Shown: positions 26,067 through 39,655 of the stretch, piece by piece
How positions within the stretch are numbered: position 1 is the first letter of the stretch
Layout of the letters: every line of letters begins with the position of its first letter
NCBI GenBank assembly: GCA_951406725.2
Contig: OX597821.1
Location: forward strand, 117,676,001-117,740,000
Reading direction: 5' to 3'
Source of the DNA: Octopus vulgaris
Taxonomy: Eukaryota
Length of the DNA stretch: 64,000 bases
The notes under the pieces: generated by a model
Databases searched by the model: none
What the model saw: the letters and a program-made list of their open reading frames with translations, nothing else
What the model was told of the DNA's origin: nothing
Translations under genes and position numbers: made by a program

Positions 26067-27285
26067 CTACAAAAACATGGATGAACATAACAATTATAAG
26101 AATTTATGATACAGAAGAGAATTTTTTGCAATTATAATTGTTTCTTATTTATTGCTAATGGATCATACATGAAATTCTTGCTATTTTCTGAGAATCAACA
26201 GCCAATGCTTTATCTAGAAAATGGTTAGTAAATAAATTATTGCATTCATGAGTCAAACGTAATCCTTGATCAGCATCAAGTCATCTTTTAGTGGTTACAG
26301 TATTGATGGTCATAAAGTCAAGGGTTCAATTCCTGGAGGTACACCGTGTCCTTAAGCAAGGCACTTCATTCCACTTTGCTCCAGTCCATTCAGCTGGCAA
26401 AACTGCACTTTACTTGTAATTCAAAGGACCAGCTTGTCACATTCTGTCACACTGAATCTTCCAGAGAACTATGTTAAGGGTACACATGTCTACAGAGTAC
26501 TCAGCCACTTGCAGGTTAATTTCATGAGTAGGCTGTTCCATTGACTGGATCTACTGGGACCCTCGCTGTCCTAACTAATGGAGTATCAGTTGTCCAGTAG
26601 ACTTTCAGAGTAGCCATCACTGTCTCATGCAGAAGGAAAGGGATAAGAAATTGGCTGGTTGTTTCCTTCTGTGAAACAATTTTTTTTTATCCAAAACATT
26701 TGATATTTTTTTTTTTATTTTTGCCTTTCAATTTCATCTGGCACATTTTTTCCATTCCAAAAATCTGCTGATCAACTATGGCACCAATTTTAGGAATGTG
26801 GTAGTTTATTTACTAATCCTTTAATATGCATAAAGGATAAGGAACCAGTGCTCCATCAGTTGTGATGACAAAAGTCCAGTGACCGGATCAATGGAACAGC
26901 TTGCTCATGGAATTAAAGTGCAAGTGGCTGAGTACTTCATAGACATGCATGCCCTTAATGTAGTTCTCAGGGAGATTCAGCATGACATAGAATGTAATGA
27001 TGGGGGCCCCTTTTGAATTTCAGGTACGACTCATTTTTGCCAGCTGAGTGGACTGGAACAATATGAAATAAAGCATCTTGCTCAAGGACACAATATGCCA
27101 TCAGGAATTGAACTCATGACCTTACAATAATGAGCTGAATACCTGAACCACTAAGCCATCTGCCTTCAAAAAGACAACCAAACTCACTGGGAATATTAAG
27201 CGTCTTATTTGTGGCATGGCATAATAATAATCTGACGCAAATAACATGCGAGGAACTTGAAGTAAAGTGAAAGCTGACTATTTAC

Positions 27286-27495
27286 CTGTTTAATCCGTTG
27301 TAATCAAAGGTCAGCATCTGGTCGAAATGGCTATCAATGAAATAAATCCTTTTGGAAATAACATCAGCAGTAATTCCACGTGGAAAGGTATAATTCGATG
27401 TTTTAAAATACACCATGTTACTTCCATCCATAAAAGCTCGGTAAATACCATTGACCCTTTCATAGCTGTATCCCCAAAGAGCAACGAACATATAT
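27286..27495 (-). CDS. LRP2: LRP2-like exon: first beta-propeller
   Basis: cag| [26 protein letters not shown]...[22 protein letters not shown]...DYNGLN |gtaaat; 210 nt, phase 2-2. Confidence 0.94.
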
Positions 27496-27544
27496 CTGTT
27501 AAAAGAAGAAGCACATTATTACTTATATATGAGTAAATTGTCAA

Positions 27545-27635
27545 ACACACACACACACACATATATATATATACACACACAGATAGATAGGTAGATAAAT
27601 AGATAGATAGATAGATAGATAGACAGATAGATAGG

Positions 27636-27703
<68 letters not shown>

Positions 27704-27704
27704 C

Positions 27705-27747
<43 letters not shown>

Positions 27748-27759
27748 TAGATAGATAGG

Positions 27760-27811
<52 letters not shown>

Positions 27812-27812
27812 C
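27545..27812. repeat. (GATA)n/(GACA)n microsatellite, representative of many TA, CA, GA, GATA, TAA and CAT tracts
   Basis: Directly visible; other tracts at e.g. 16875-17030, 35545-35675, 51205-51520, 54675-54775, 56920-57020, 59700-60055. Confidence 0.97.
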
Positions 27813-27965
27813 AAACACACATGTATGTCTGCAGCAACCAGTGGCTGGTTCCTCTGGAAACCTATAATCAATGATTTGATTCTTCATGGAAAGAAATAAG
27901 GAATGAAACTGAATCATGAAATATAAGAAAAAAGAAAAAAAGGAAACATAACTAAGATGTCTTAC

Positions 27966-28189
27966 CCAACAAGAGGGTCAAGTGTTATGGAAATCATTCT
28001 CGTTAGATCTGAAGTGATAATGTTAGACTGACGTCTGCTGTCGAGACTAAAGATGCCAAGGATGCCAGCAGCATCGTCGATGTAATATAAGTTGTTGGCG
28101 ATCCAATCGTAGGTGAGTGAAGCAATGCTGAATGTCGTTCTGAGTGGAATCGAACGTTTATTCTCACCAGATAAATCAGATTCCCAAAA
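27966..28189 (-). CDS. LRP2: LRP2-like exon: first beta-propeller
   Basis: cag| [12 protein letters not shown]...[15 protein letters not shown]...[10 protein letters not shown] |gtaaga; 224 nt, phase 0-2. Confidence 0.94.
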
Positions 28190-28680
28190 CTGAAATGAAT
28201 ATAGAGACAATTAACTCCGACACAACATTGGGGAAATAGTGATGAAGATGATGATGATGATGATTCAGATGATGATGAGGAGGAGGAGGAGGAAAGGAGG
28301 AAGGGCGATGAAGAGGAAAGGGAGATGGATGGGTAGGAAGAGCTAGGTATGGAGAAGAGAGGTTAAAAAGGAGGATGGCGGAGGGGGAAGTGTATGAGAA
28401 GGTAAAAATAATATGGGTGAATGCTGGTTATTATGGTGACAAAGGGGTCATCATCATCATCATCACCACCACCACTGCCATCATCATCATCATAATCATT
28501 TAATGTCTGTTTTCCTTGCTGGCATAGGTTGGATGGTTTGACAAGAGCTGGTAAGTTGGAGAGCTGCTTTGTGCTGCAGTGTCAGCTTTGGCAGGGTTTC
28601 TGCAATTGGATACCCTAACCCTAACAGCAACCACTTTACAGGGTGCACTGAGTGTTTTCTTTTTTTCATGCCACCAGCAC

Positions 28681-28728
<48 letters not shown>

Positions 28729-30160
28729 TGAAAGCAAAATTGACCAGAGCAGAATTCATCCTCATTCACCCTCCAATATCTTCAGACCTGGGCCCCTGTG
28801 TCAAACTTTACCCTTAACCCGGGCTCCTGAGCAGAAAAATTAATGTTGCATTTACAGCTCAAGAGTAATGACTGCAGACAAACAAATGGAAAGAATCACA
28901 AAAAAAACCCCCATTCAATAATAATAATAATAATAACAATAATAAGCCATTCTCACAACTATCGCATTTGTTCACCCGAATTGCTGCTTTCCTCATCACT
29001 TTTGCCCATTTGATTGTCTGAATCTCTCTCACTGCCTCATAAATAGAAACTCTTTGTCTAAAGAATAAATATTATCAATAATTTCCTCAGCTGCAAAGAG
29101 TGTAGGTCTCACTCATTTATACATGCATTTTTTCCCCATTTAAACCAGAAGTAAACAACACCTGTGGGGGACACCCTTAACAATGAACCCACTTGACTAC
29201 AAAGCCGCAAAGCGATCAATTGTTTATTTCTAGTATTTTATGTTCGTTATCTGTGTGTGTGGTTCATTACAGCTTTAACAACAGAAATTTGGTTGAGATT
29301 ACGTTCCTTTTTATTCTAGGTACAATTGGAACACAGCATTGATACAACATTTCAGACTTGAGAGGAAGGATATCGTTGACTTATCTACCCTATTAATTAA
29401 TTGGTATTTATTTTATCAAGTCTGGAAGGAGAAAAAACAAGGTTGATTCCACCCTTGAAAGCCAAACACACTGAGTGAGGAAATACTTGATTAAAACACT
29501 CTTACCATTTCACTGGTACTTACTTCATTGATCACTGAAAATTTGAAGATCAAAGTTGAGCTCTTTGGGATTTGGACTCAATTTCTGAAGAGGCCTTGCT
29601 ATTTGTAGTGTAAGAAATTCTTCTGCTAACCGTTATTCTTTAATGTCCACATGCATGGCTCAAACAGGGGTTAGTGGGACAGATTTAGATTTTCTATAGC
29701 TGAATGCCCTTCCTGTCACAAACCCTTCTCTGTTTCCAAGTAAGGTAAAATTAACCCCATGATCAGACATCATTTTACAGAATATTAGAGATCAGTGGCA
29801 TTCATTTACAGCAATCATGTGTCGTCAAGACAAGGAGAAAGAAAGAAACACATATTTACTCAGACACACATACACACACACATATATATATATACATAGT
29901 GGGCTTCTTTCAATTTCTATCTACTAAATCCTCTCACAAGGCTTTGACTACAGAAGAAACCACTTTCCCAAGGTGCCATCCAGTGGGAACGAACCCAAAT
30001 CCATTTGATTGGGAAGCAAACATTTTACCCACAGAGCCATGCTTTCATCAACAATAACAACATGAAACATACTGGATTAGTTTATAATCTGTGGTTTTAA
30101 AGGGTTTAAAATCTTTAATTAATCCTTGTGAAAGGAAATGAAAACCAAACTTTGGATTAC

Positions 30161-30330
30161 CTCTTGTTTATCTGAGTCGGGAGCACTGGCGGCCCAGAAT
30201 ATCTTATTTCGATGAGAATCAAAAGCTACAGGACTTATCGATGTTGTGGCTATAAGTTTTATGTCACTACCATCTGTCTTCATTGAAAAAAGTCTCTTGT
30301 TACTGGATACGATTAATCTTGCGCTTTCAC
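30161..30330 (-). CDS. LRP2: LRP2-like exon: start of first beta-propeller
   Basis: tag| ESARLIVSSNKRLFSMKTDGSD...VAFDSHRNKIFWAASAPDSDKQE |gtaatc; 170 nt, phase 1-0. Confidence 0.9.
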
Positions 30331-30531
30331 CTAGGCAAAGAAACGAAATTTTGAAATACATCTCTTCTCATTTATCACAGGAGTTCAGTTCAAAAGAAAA
30401 AAAAAACACAATTAAAATTGGATCATTGTTCTGCACTTTCCAAATAAAACAAAATACCAAACTCATTTCTGTAAAGCTCTCATTGTTACATAGTTTCTTG
30501 ATTAACTCTACCTTTTCTGGTACAGAATATA

Positions 30532-31274
30532 TTGGGCCATCCCATAAATAATGCAGTTTTTTTCAGATGGGTTAAACTACCTTTAAAAGCAGTTTGTAAT
30601 TCTATCTTGTCCTTATTCTTAGTGCAGGTTTTGAAGAGTGCAGTTCGATTTTAACAGTTATTTTTTCAAAGCTATAATGGAAGTGACAATGGAGCATATC
30701 TGGCATATTTTGGTTTATGAATTCAATAAAGGCAACAACACAACGGAAAGTGTAAGGAATATCAATGCAGTATACGGGGACTAGACAATAAGCATAAGCC
30801 AGTGTCAAAGGTGGTTACAGAAATTCCGAGCTGGAAACTACAACCAAGAAGACGAGCTTCATCCTGGAACATCTTCAGAGCTTGACAATGTTGTCCTGCA
30901 ACAAGATCCCATTGTAACTATTGAGGAACTAGCAGAGAAGTTTGGATTTGGTCATTCAACCACTCATCAATACCTGTGTACCCTTAGAAAAGTCTGTAAA
31001 TTGGGTCAATGGGTTCCTCATAAACTTACAGAGTTTAATTGTGTGCAGAAAGTGAATGAGTGCTCCCCTTTGCTGTTACATCTCATGAATGAACCTTTTT
31101 TGGACTGAATAGTGACTGGTGATGAGAAATAGGGGTATTTTTCATCAAGGATAAGTGGATTTTTGAAGAGGGGCTTTGCAAGTCTACCAGACAGATGGAA
31201 GAGCATTGTAGAAAAGGAAGGAGATTATATTTTAGATTAAAAAAGAACTTTATCTGAATTATGGGATGACCCAA
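30532..31274 (+). mobile_element. Internally deleted mariner transposon
   Basis: TA|TTGGGCCATCCCATAA ... TTATGGGATGACCCAA|TA; decayed transposase remnants MEHIWHILVYEFNKG, WVPHKL, IVTGDEK. Confidence 0.85.
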
Positions 31275-31924
31275 TACTTGTCTGCTTTATTTGTTAGGAT
31301 CAGTTGCCTTTGTATATTTTTCTGCTCACTTGTCCCACGTTGATGGGCATGAGTACATAATCCATACGCAAAACACTCTGCCTTGCAGCAGCAGCATCTA
31401 AACACAAGCAATTGTCAGAGCATTTTGGGTAGCTAAGCATTGTGGGTACCCACCAGGGTACTTTTTTGCAATGTGAGCAGAATCTTCAACTGATCATTGA
31501 CACGTGTTATCAGAAATCGATCTGTGATAAGCTTAGCATCAACTTCACCATCATCATCATCATCATCCGTTTTTCTTGCTGGTATGAGTTAGCCAGTTTG
31601 ACAGAAGCTGGCAAGCCAAAGAACTGCATCAGGCTCCAATTGTCAGTTTTGGCAAGGTTTGGCAAGGATGGATGAACCTAATGTCAACCGCTTTACAGAG
31701 TGTATAGGGAGCTTTTTACATGGCACCAGCAGGGGTGATTTTTTTTTTTACATGGAACCAGTGCAGGTACTTTTTTATGTGGAACCAGTCCAGGTGCTTT
31801 TTCCTTGGCACCAGCACATGGTTTACAGGTGAGCGTATTGTGTTTTCCTTGATCAGTGAAGAAATAAATCCCTGACAAATGAGGCGACATTTATTAAGAA
31901 AATTTTCATATGTTTTCAACTTAC

Positions 31925-32050
31925 TGTTATTTGCTCGACACATCTGTTTTCCTGTTAATGTAAATCCTGCCTGACAAGAACATGTGTATCCATATTGTTT
32001 ATTTGTACAGATCTGATCACAGTAACCCCAGCTGGAGCATTCATTGAAAT
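31925..32050 (-). CDS. LRP2: LRP2-like exon: calcium-binding EGF repeat
   Basis: cag| FNECSSWGYCDQICTNKQYGYTCSCQAGFTLTGKQMCRANN |gtaagt; 126 nt, phase 1-1. Confidence 0.95.
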
Positions 32051-33265
32051 CTGAAGCAGTCAAATAAGGATTTGGTTATTAAATGATAATCATTAGGAAA
32101 ATAAATAAATAACATGGTAAATTCAGCCAAAGCAGCATTAAAATAAAATTGCCATCTATGTATCATGCTAAATGTATGTACAGCATTGAAAGGTATGATG
32201 CAGTGGTTTTTGTCAGAGAGAAAATCTCTTGATAAACATGTTGTGTTATAAACACAATATAAATCAGAGCAAGGCAAAACTCCATCATAGCAGTGATTCT
32301 CAAGAACATAGGCACATGTTGGTCTACTTGGAGATGGTTTGGAGTCACATCTTGTGCTACTTAGGGCTTGCTAGCAGACATGTTTTGCTCTGCTTGGGGC
32401 TTGTGACAAGAGGAAGTTGTGATACTAATTTTTTCTATGCTAGGCCTGAAATTTTGGGGAAGGGGACTAGTTGATTACATCGACCCCAGTGCCAACCTAA
32501 TACTCATTTTACTGAAACTGAAATGATGGAAGGCAAAGATGACCTCAGCAAATTTGAGCTGAGAATGTAAAGTTGAAGGAAATGCTGTTGAGCATTTTGT
32601 CTGATGTGCTAATAATTCTACCAGCTGATCATCTGAGGAATAATAAAAAGGATGATAACAACGACAACAATAGGCACAAGGCCTGAAATTTGTGTGGAGG
32701 GGACTAGTCGATTACATCAACCCCAGTGATCAATTGGTACTTTATTTATCGACCCCCTAAAGGATGAAAGGCAAAGTTGACCTTGGCGGAATTTGAACTC
32801 AGAACATAGCGACAGGCAAAATACCACTAAGTATTTCGTCCAGCATTTCGTCCAGCTTCCTGCCTTAACAATAACAATAATAATGAAAATAATAATAACA
32901 GGAACAACAATAACAAATGTAATAAATAAATAAATAACTGCAAGGGTTTTTTTTTTAAATAAAAATAATTATGTTGTACATCTTAAAATGTATATTGATT
33001 TCAAATGTTGGCACATGGCCAGCAATTACAGGGGACGGGTAAGTCAATTACATTGACCACAGTATGCAACTGGTACTTATTTTATTAACTCCCACAAGGA
33101 TGTAAAGCAAAGTCGACCTCGGTGGAATTTGAACACAGAACGTAAAGACGGACGAAATGCTTCTAAGCATTTCTCATCCAGCATGCTAACCATTCTGCTC
33201 GCTCACTGCCTGACATCCTACCATGTCTATTGAGATTTGTATTTATGCAATTACTTTATACTTAC

Positions 33266-33385
33266 CAATACAAGTCCTTTTATCGTCTGGTTTTAATGCC
33301 ATTCCATCCGCGCAATAACACATACCACCTTCGGGAGATGGGTTACATCTGTATAGACATGATAACAAACCACAACGCCTTGAAG
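33266..33385 (-). CDS. LRP2: LRP2-like exon: first EGF repeat
   Basis: tag| SRRCGLLSCLYRCNPSPEGGMCYCADGMALKPDDKRTCI |gtaagt; 120 nt, phase 1-1; absent from the ORF track. Confidence 0.93.
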
Positions 33386-33651
33386 CTAATAACAAAGAAA
33401 TTATATAAGAAACATGAAAATCTTGAAGGAGTAGGTTAATGGCTTAGATATTTGTTTATATCTACAGATATGTAAACAAGCGATGTAGTAGCACTGCTAA
33501 CACAGCAGAACATGGCACGTGTTAATATACTTTATTGTATATTATGGTTTCATAACGAAGTACCACCACGTGCCTGCAAGGCATTAATAATTGGTAACAT
33601 GTTTATATTAATGTATGAATGTGTGTCTATAACATATAATGAGTGCAAGTG

Positions 33652-34140
33652 AAGGCAATGTAGTTCAGTGGTTAGAGTATTCCGTTCATGATATTAAGGT
33701 TGTGAGTTCAATTTCAGGTAGTGCATTGTATCCTTAAGCAAGACACTTCATTTCATGGTACTCTGGTTGCTAGCATATCTAGGTGGGGGGCACTAGGGGT
33801 GTTCTGCTCTGGGTGGCACTTTTAAAGGGGCAGCACTTTTGGGTCTGGTGTAGGTAATATGTGTTTTTTGTGGGGTCCAGGGGCAGCAAAGGAAAGGGCC
33901 ACCCTGGGAGGCACAAACTCTAGCTACGCTAGTGACCCTGGTCCATTCAGCTGGCAAAAATGAGTAGTTTCTGTATTTCAAAGAGCCAACCTTGTCACAT
34001 TTTGTATCATGCTGACTCTCCCTGAGAAATACATTAAATGTACGTGGGTCTGCGGAGCACTCAGCCACTTGCATGTTAATTAGTGAGCAGGCCGTTCAGT
34101 TGATCGGATCAAATGGAACCCTTGCCTTCATAACCAACAA
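33652..34140 (+). mobile_element. SINE family C (tRNA head, TCCTTAAGCAAGACACTT V/Meta-like core), interrupted by a hAT MITE
   Basis: Related copies at about 14720-15020(-), 26285-26595(+), 26845-27165(-). Confidence 0.7.
33768..33934. mobile_element. hAT-type MITE with 8-bp TSD
   Basis: TIRs TGCTAGCATATCTAG / CTAGCTACGCTAGTG; flanks ACTCTGGT (33760-33767) and ACCCTGGT (33935-33942); the SINE sequence resumes on the other side. Confidence 0.7.
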
Positions 34141-34330
34141 AGTCCCAGTTTGATAAAAATTGTATACATAGAGGCACAGGAGTGGCTGTGTGGTAAGAAG
34201 CTTGCTTCCCCACCACATGGTTCTGGGTTCAGTCCCACTGCGTGGCACCTTGGGCAAGTGTCTTCTACTATAGCCTTGGGCCAACCAAAGCCTTGTGAGT
34301 AGATTTGGTAGATGGAAACTGAAAGAAGCT

Positions 34331-34390
<60 letters not shown>

Positions 34391-35322
34391 GTATATATAT
34401 ATACATATATATATATGTATGTGTCTATTTGTGTGTCTGTGTTTGTGCTCTCATCATCACTCGGCAACTGATGTTTGTGTGTTTACGTCCCTGTAACTTA
34501 GTGGTTCGGCAAAAGTGACTGATATAATAAGTACAAGGCTTACAAAGAATAATTTCTGGGCTAGATTTGTTCGACTAAATGTGGCACTCCAGCATGGCCA
34601 CAAATGACTGAAACAAGTAAAAGAATAGCACACGCATGCATGTATGCTTGTATAAATCATCTTCATCAGCATTTAATGTCCATTATCCATGCTAGAATTA
34701 GGCCGGGCAGTTCAACAGTTCAACAGTTCAAGCCTGGGGACTGCACCAAACTGAACTGTCTGCTTTGGTATAGTTTCTATAGCTGGATGCATCTTCCTAA
34801 TGCTAACCACTTCATAGAGGTTACCCTGTGCTTTTTTTGTGGCACCAGCAACAGTGACCAGCAAGACTCACCCAGCTGTAGGGGTGTGGGGGTTTATGGC
34901 AGGTGATAAGAGGTTAAAATATGACAGAGGGACAGGAACAGGTGACAGAAGGATATGGTTACCCCCAGTTGGAAAAGGGAGAGACAATGGTGGTGAAGAT
35001 GTGTCAGGGTTTCCCTCAAGTTGCAGGAAGAGGAAGATAAGAGAAACGATGTGAGTGGGTAAGATAATGAAAGTGCGAAAGGAAAGTGGCAGATATATAG
35101 AGAAGGGGATAGGGGGAAATACGGTAGGTGATGGGTATGGTGAAGGGTTGGTCAGTCGTGAATACCAGTTGAAGGGGAAAAAGGAGGAAGTAGGTGGGGT
35201 CAGGAAAGGTGAAAGGGAGCAACAAAGATCACAGGAAGTGTGTGTGTGGGGGTATACTTAAATACATTATATATACCTACATATAAACATTTCTACTTTA
35301 CAAATTTAAAGATATTACTTAC

Positions 35323-35445
35323 AACAAGTGGAGGCCTCATCTGCTCCGTCATCACAATCGTTTTTCCCGTTGCACACACTCGTTATCGGAATACAACGTT
35401 CAGCATTCGGACATGCCCACTGATTGTTTGGACAGACCTTTTGAT
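35323..35445 (-). CDS. LRP2: LRP2-like exon: LDLa repeat (cluster I, last)
   Basis: cag| QKVCPNNQWACPNAERCIPITSVCNGKNDCDDGADEASTC |gtaagt; 123 nt, phase 1-1. Confidence 0.94.
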
Positions 35446-36151
35446 CTGTGCCAAAGGAGATACGAAAAGAAAGTCTTAGAAACATTATGAAGGTTTGTAT
35501 TCTACTATTTGGGTTCTTATCTTTGAGTTTCCCATAGGCCTTTGACATCATCATCATCATCATCGTCGTCGTCGTCGTCGTCATCGTCATCGTCGTCGTC
35601 ATCATCATCATCATTATCATCGTCGTCGTCATCATCATCATCATCATCATCATCGTCATCGTCATCGTCATCATCCATGTTCCAAGTTGGCATGGATCAA
35701 ATGTTTCAACCGAATCCAATAGGTTAAGCGATTGCATTGTGTTCCAGTGCTTACTTTGGTATGGCTTCTACAGCAGGGTACCCTGCCTAATGCCGATCAC
35801 TTTACAACATGGTCTGGGTGCCTTCCCATGCCATCGACACTAGTGAGGTTGCCAGGCAGCTTGCAAGGCTGAAAAACGTGGGTCAGTGGGGTTTGGTAGC
35901 TTAATGTAATGAGGCAATGGGTTAAAGTATGAAAGAAGGGACTGAGGCAGAGGCAAGCAGCATTTTCATTGAGAAAATGTGTATTTTCTAAATGGTGAGA
36001 AATCTTCTTTCTTGAAATTTTAAAATCCATAAATAAGTAGAACTGGTTTGGGTTGAATTTTAACCTGGCATTCTACGTCACTAGAATCTCTGACTGAGAG
36101 TTAAACCAATATTCTAGTTACACTCATAGGACACCTTAATTTCATCTAAAC

Positions 36152-36469
36152 CAGTGGTTCTCAACCATTCTTGTTATCTGTGGATCCCTTTGATTACTGT
36201 TTCAGTCTGGTGGACTCCCATAGCCATTTAAAACTAGTTTTATAGAAACTTCTTTCAAAAGTCCTATTTTGTTGTTCACACATTCACTTGTGTAGGTTGA
36301 GCTATGTAAAAACAGGAGAGGAAGAAGCCTCGCTGTTTCATGCAATAAATATATTATAAGCAGAAGTTTTTCATGCACCCTTAATATACAACCACAGGTC
36401 CCCAATTTAACGTTTTACTTGCAAGGACCCTACAAAATCTTATATATGGAGCCCAGTTGTGTATCACTG
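36152..36469. mobile_element. hAT-Charlie-type MITE
   Basis: CAGTGGTTCTCAAC ... GTTGTGTATCACTG with NTCTAGAN-like flanks ATCTAAAC / CTCTAGAT; a related, interrupted copy lies at about 1099-1963. Confidence 0.7.
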
Positions 36470-37619
36470 CTCTAGATTATATAAAGTTGAAACGGCTCAT
36501 TGTATTTAAGAATACTGACTAATAACTATTGTCCCTACATGGCCATTCTGATGCCTATGGTTTCATATATGATTAATACAATATTTCAATGCCACACAGT
36601 CTACTGTTACTTAGATATCTTGTATTTGAATACCACATAATTTAGACAAAATTGGGAACACTGGTCTATGCTAACCTTTCACCACTGATAGCAAGGTTGG
36701 TGAATTAATATTGCATATAGGGCCAAGGGTGGTTTTTTTTGACACAGTTTTGGAAACAAAAATATGTCCAATCTGGCATCACATACAGTGATGCATAAAT
36801 GAATCAGCTGATTTGGCTTCTCTCAGAACTATATTTTGTCTCAGTTCTGCCATATTTGAATACTAGACGACCAAACAGCAGGGAGTAAATGGGTATTGAA
36901 AGATTAATCACTTATATTATATCCTGGGTATTAGGGAAAACAGGGGTCTGTTGGTATCCTTAACTACAAATATATAACTTTAACTCATTAACATTCAAAT
37001 TACTCTCTCAAATGTAATCCTTATTTACTTCCATTGTTTCGGATTAATCACGGATTATCTTGTAGCTTTGAGATTTTTTTATAATGTGCACAGGAATCGT
37101 GTTGTGGTTAACAAGCTCTCTTTGTAACCATATGGTTTGGGGTTCAGTCCCACTGCATGACACCCTGTGCAAGTGTCTTCTACTAAAGACCTGGATTAAC
37201 CAAAACTTTGTGTGTGAAGATGGTGGAAAGTGTGTGAAGCTCTTTGTGTGGGGGGATGGGGGTGTAAGTATGTGTGTGTGTGTATTTTTGTATTCGGTCC
37301 CATCTTCTCTGCATGACAACTGACGTTGGTCTGTTTACATCCCCCATAACTTGGCAGTTTGGCAAAAAAAACTGTTAAAATAAGTACTAAACTTAAAAAG
37401 TAAACCTGGAGTCAATGTGGGGTCCCTGCCTGGTTACAGTCCAATGATTCAAGCAAGTAAAGGGTAGAGATAAAAAACTAAGCTAAGTGTACTAATTTAT
37501 AGAGATAATTGTAATAATTAAATGTAATAAAACTGAAACCAAAAGCATTAAGAAGTTGGGGTGGGGGTTGTGTGTATTGAAATGAATCTTTAGAAATTAC
37601 ATTAATTAGAAATACATAC

Positions 37620-37736
37620 AGCAAACTTGTTCATCAGATTCATCTTCACAGTTGGTAACGCCATTACATAGGAATTCTTGCTTGACACACTGACCAGAAT
37701 TACAAGCAAACTGGTTGCCCAGACATCCAGAAAGTG
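37620..37736 (-). CDS. LRP2: LRP2-like exon: LDLa repeat (most 5' one found)
   Basis: tag| LSGCLGNQFACNSGQCVKQEFLCNGVTNCEDESDEQVC |gtatgt; 117 nt, phase 1-1; absent from the ORF track. Confidence 0.93.
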
Positions 37737-38108
37737 CTACAATAATCAAAGGAATCATATTTAGACATTTTTTAGATACCATTACATATGACTGAAATAT
37801 GATTAGATGGAAGAATTAATCACCTTTATTAATTACATCATAATTACATATGAGAGATGAAAGATAGATAAATAGATAGATAGACAGATAGATAGAGGGA
37901 GAGAGAGAGAAGGGGGAGAAGAAGAGAGAGATGGATTACTGTGATGTGGCATTAATTTAGATTAGGTAAAGCTGTGTCCTTCTAGGGAATTCTGGTTGGG
38001 TTCTAATTCCACTGTACTGGAATCTAGCTACGTGTCTTCTGGTGTAGTCTTAGGCTGGCCAATACTTTAATAGGGAAATTTGGAAGACAAACATATGTGG
38101 ACACATAT

Positions 38109-38146
<38 letters not shown>

Positions 38147-38359
38147 TACACTATGATTCATTTTTTTTTTTTGGAATTGGATCTAAGATCAGCTATAAAG
38201 CTATAAATAATGATTTCCAAATTTGGCACAAGGCCAGCAATTTCAAGGATGGGGTAAGTCAATTACATAAATCCCAATACTCGACTACAACTTATTTTAT
38301 CAACCCTCGGTGGAATTTGAACTCAGAACGTAACGACAGACGAAATACCGCTAAACAGA

Positions 38360-39203
38360 AGTAGTAGTAGTAGTGGTAGTAGGTGTAGTAGTAGTTGTAG
38401 TAGTAGTAGTGGTAGGTGTAGTAGTAATAGTAGGTGTAGGTGTAGTAGTAGTAGCAGCAGCAACAGCAGTAGTAGTAGGTGTAGGAGTAATAGTAGTAGT
38501 AGTAGTAGGTGCAGTAGTAGTAGCAGCAGCAACAGCAGTAGTAGTAGGTGTAGGAGTAATAGTAGTAGTAGGTGTAGGTGTAGTAGTAGTAGTAGTAGGT
38601 GTAGGAGTAATAGTAGTAGTAGGTGTAGGTGTAGTAGTAGTAGTAGGTGTAGGAGTAATAGTAGTAGTAGTAGGTGTAGGTGTAGTAGGTGTAGTATGAG
38701 CAGCAGCAGCAGTAGCAGCAGCAGTAGTAGTAGTAGTAGTGATAGTAGCTCTTTTGGTGAGGTTGGTGTTAATGGTGGTGATGATAGGAAGAGGAGGACG
38801 AGGAGCGCAAAGTGGCAACAAAAACAGAATATAATGACTATGATGATGACGATGGTGGAGGTGGTGGTGGTGGTGACGACGACGACGATGGTGACAGCAT
38901 CATCATCATCATCGTAATCAACAACAACAACAACAACAACAGCTGTACCAGTCTTTACTATAAGTTGACCGTGCAGAAGGAGACCCTTGTTTTGTTGTCT
39001 CTGCAACGAACCTTCTCAGTTCTTCTTAAACTGACTGATACAAAACGTTGACCTCTTTCAAATTTTGAAAGATCTCCAGATCATGTGAGACCCCCGAGCT
39101 TCAGTTGGCATTGTGGCGGTTGATACTGTTGCTGCTGCTGTTACTACTACTACTACAACTACAACTACTACTACTACTACTACTGCTACTGCTACTACTA
39201 CTA

Positions 39204-39276
<73 letters not shown>

Positions 39277-39655
39277 CACTACTACTACTACTACTTGACA
39301 GCTACCATAAATCCGACACTGCTTTGTCAATGTCTCCTTGATCGATGTTGTTGCTGTCGTAGTTTATAGCGTTGTTCGCAACGATGTGGTGGTGGTGGTG
39401 GTGGTGGTGGTGGTGGTGGTGGTGGTGGTGGTGGTGGTGATGGTGGTGGTGATGGTGGTGGTGGTGATGGTGGTGGTGATGGTGGTGGTGTTGGTGGTGG
39501 TGGTGGTGGTGGTGGTGGTGGTGGTGGTGGTGGTGTGGTGGTGGTGGTGATGGTGGTGGTGGTGGTGGTGGTGGTGATGGTGGTGGTGGTGATGGTGGTG
39601 GTGATGGTGGTGGGTGGTGGTGGGTGGTGGTGGTGGTGGTGGTGGTGGTGGTAGA
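38360..39655. repeat. Trinucleotide microsatellite complex (GTA/ACT, GCA, GGT)
   Basis: Long imperfect (GTA)n with higher-order units, (ACT)n and (GGT)n tracts. Confidence 0.95.

Larger units (their letters stand above)
290..37736 (-). other. LRP2: Span of reconstructed multi-exon LRP2/megalin-like receptor gene (3' part continues beyond position 1)
   Basis: 19 exons with canonical GT/AG and matching phases total 3117 nt (about 1039 aa) without stops. Domain order is LDLa x2, EGF x2, YWTD, EGF, YWTD, EGF, LDLa x6. The peptides THTSDNDGLGYRCLC and DFNECSSWGYCDQIC recall the equivalent megalin EGF repeats (from memory, not aligned). Confidence 0.85.

Noticed and set aside
38351-38821. Mucin-like Thr/Pro-rich ORF on the gene strand
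   Set aside because: Built from ACT/CCT trinucleotide expansion abutting a SINE; no convincing splice sites, and similar tracts occur on both strands nearby.
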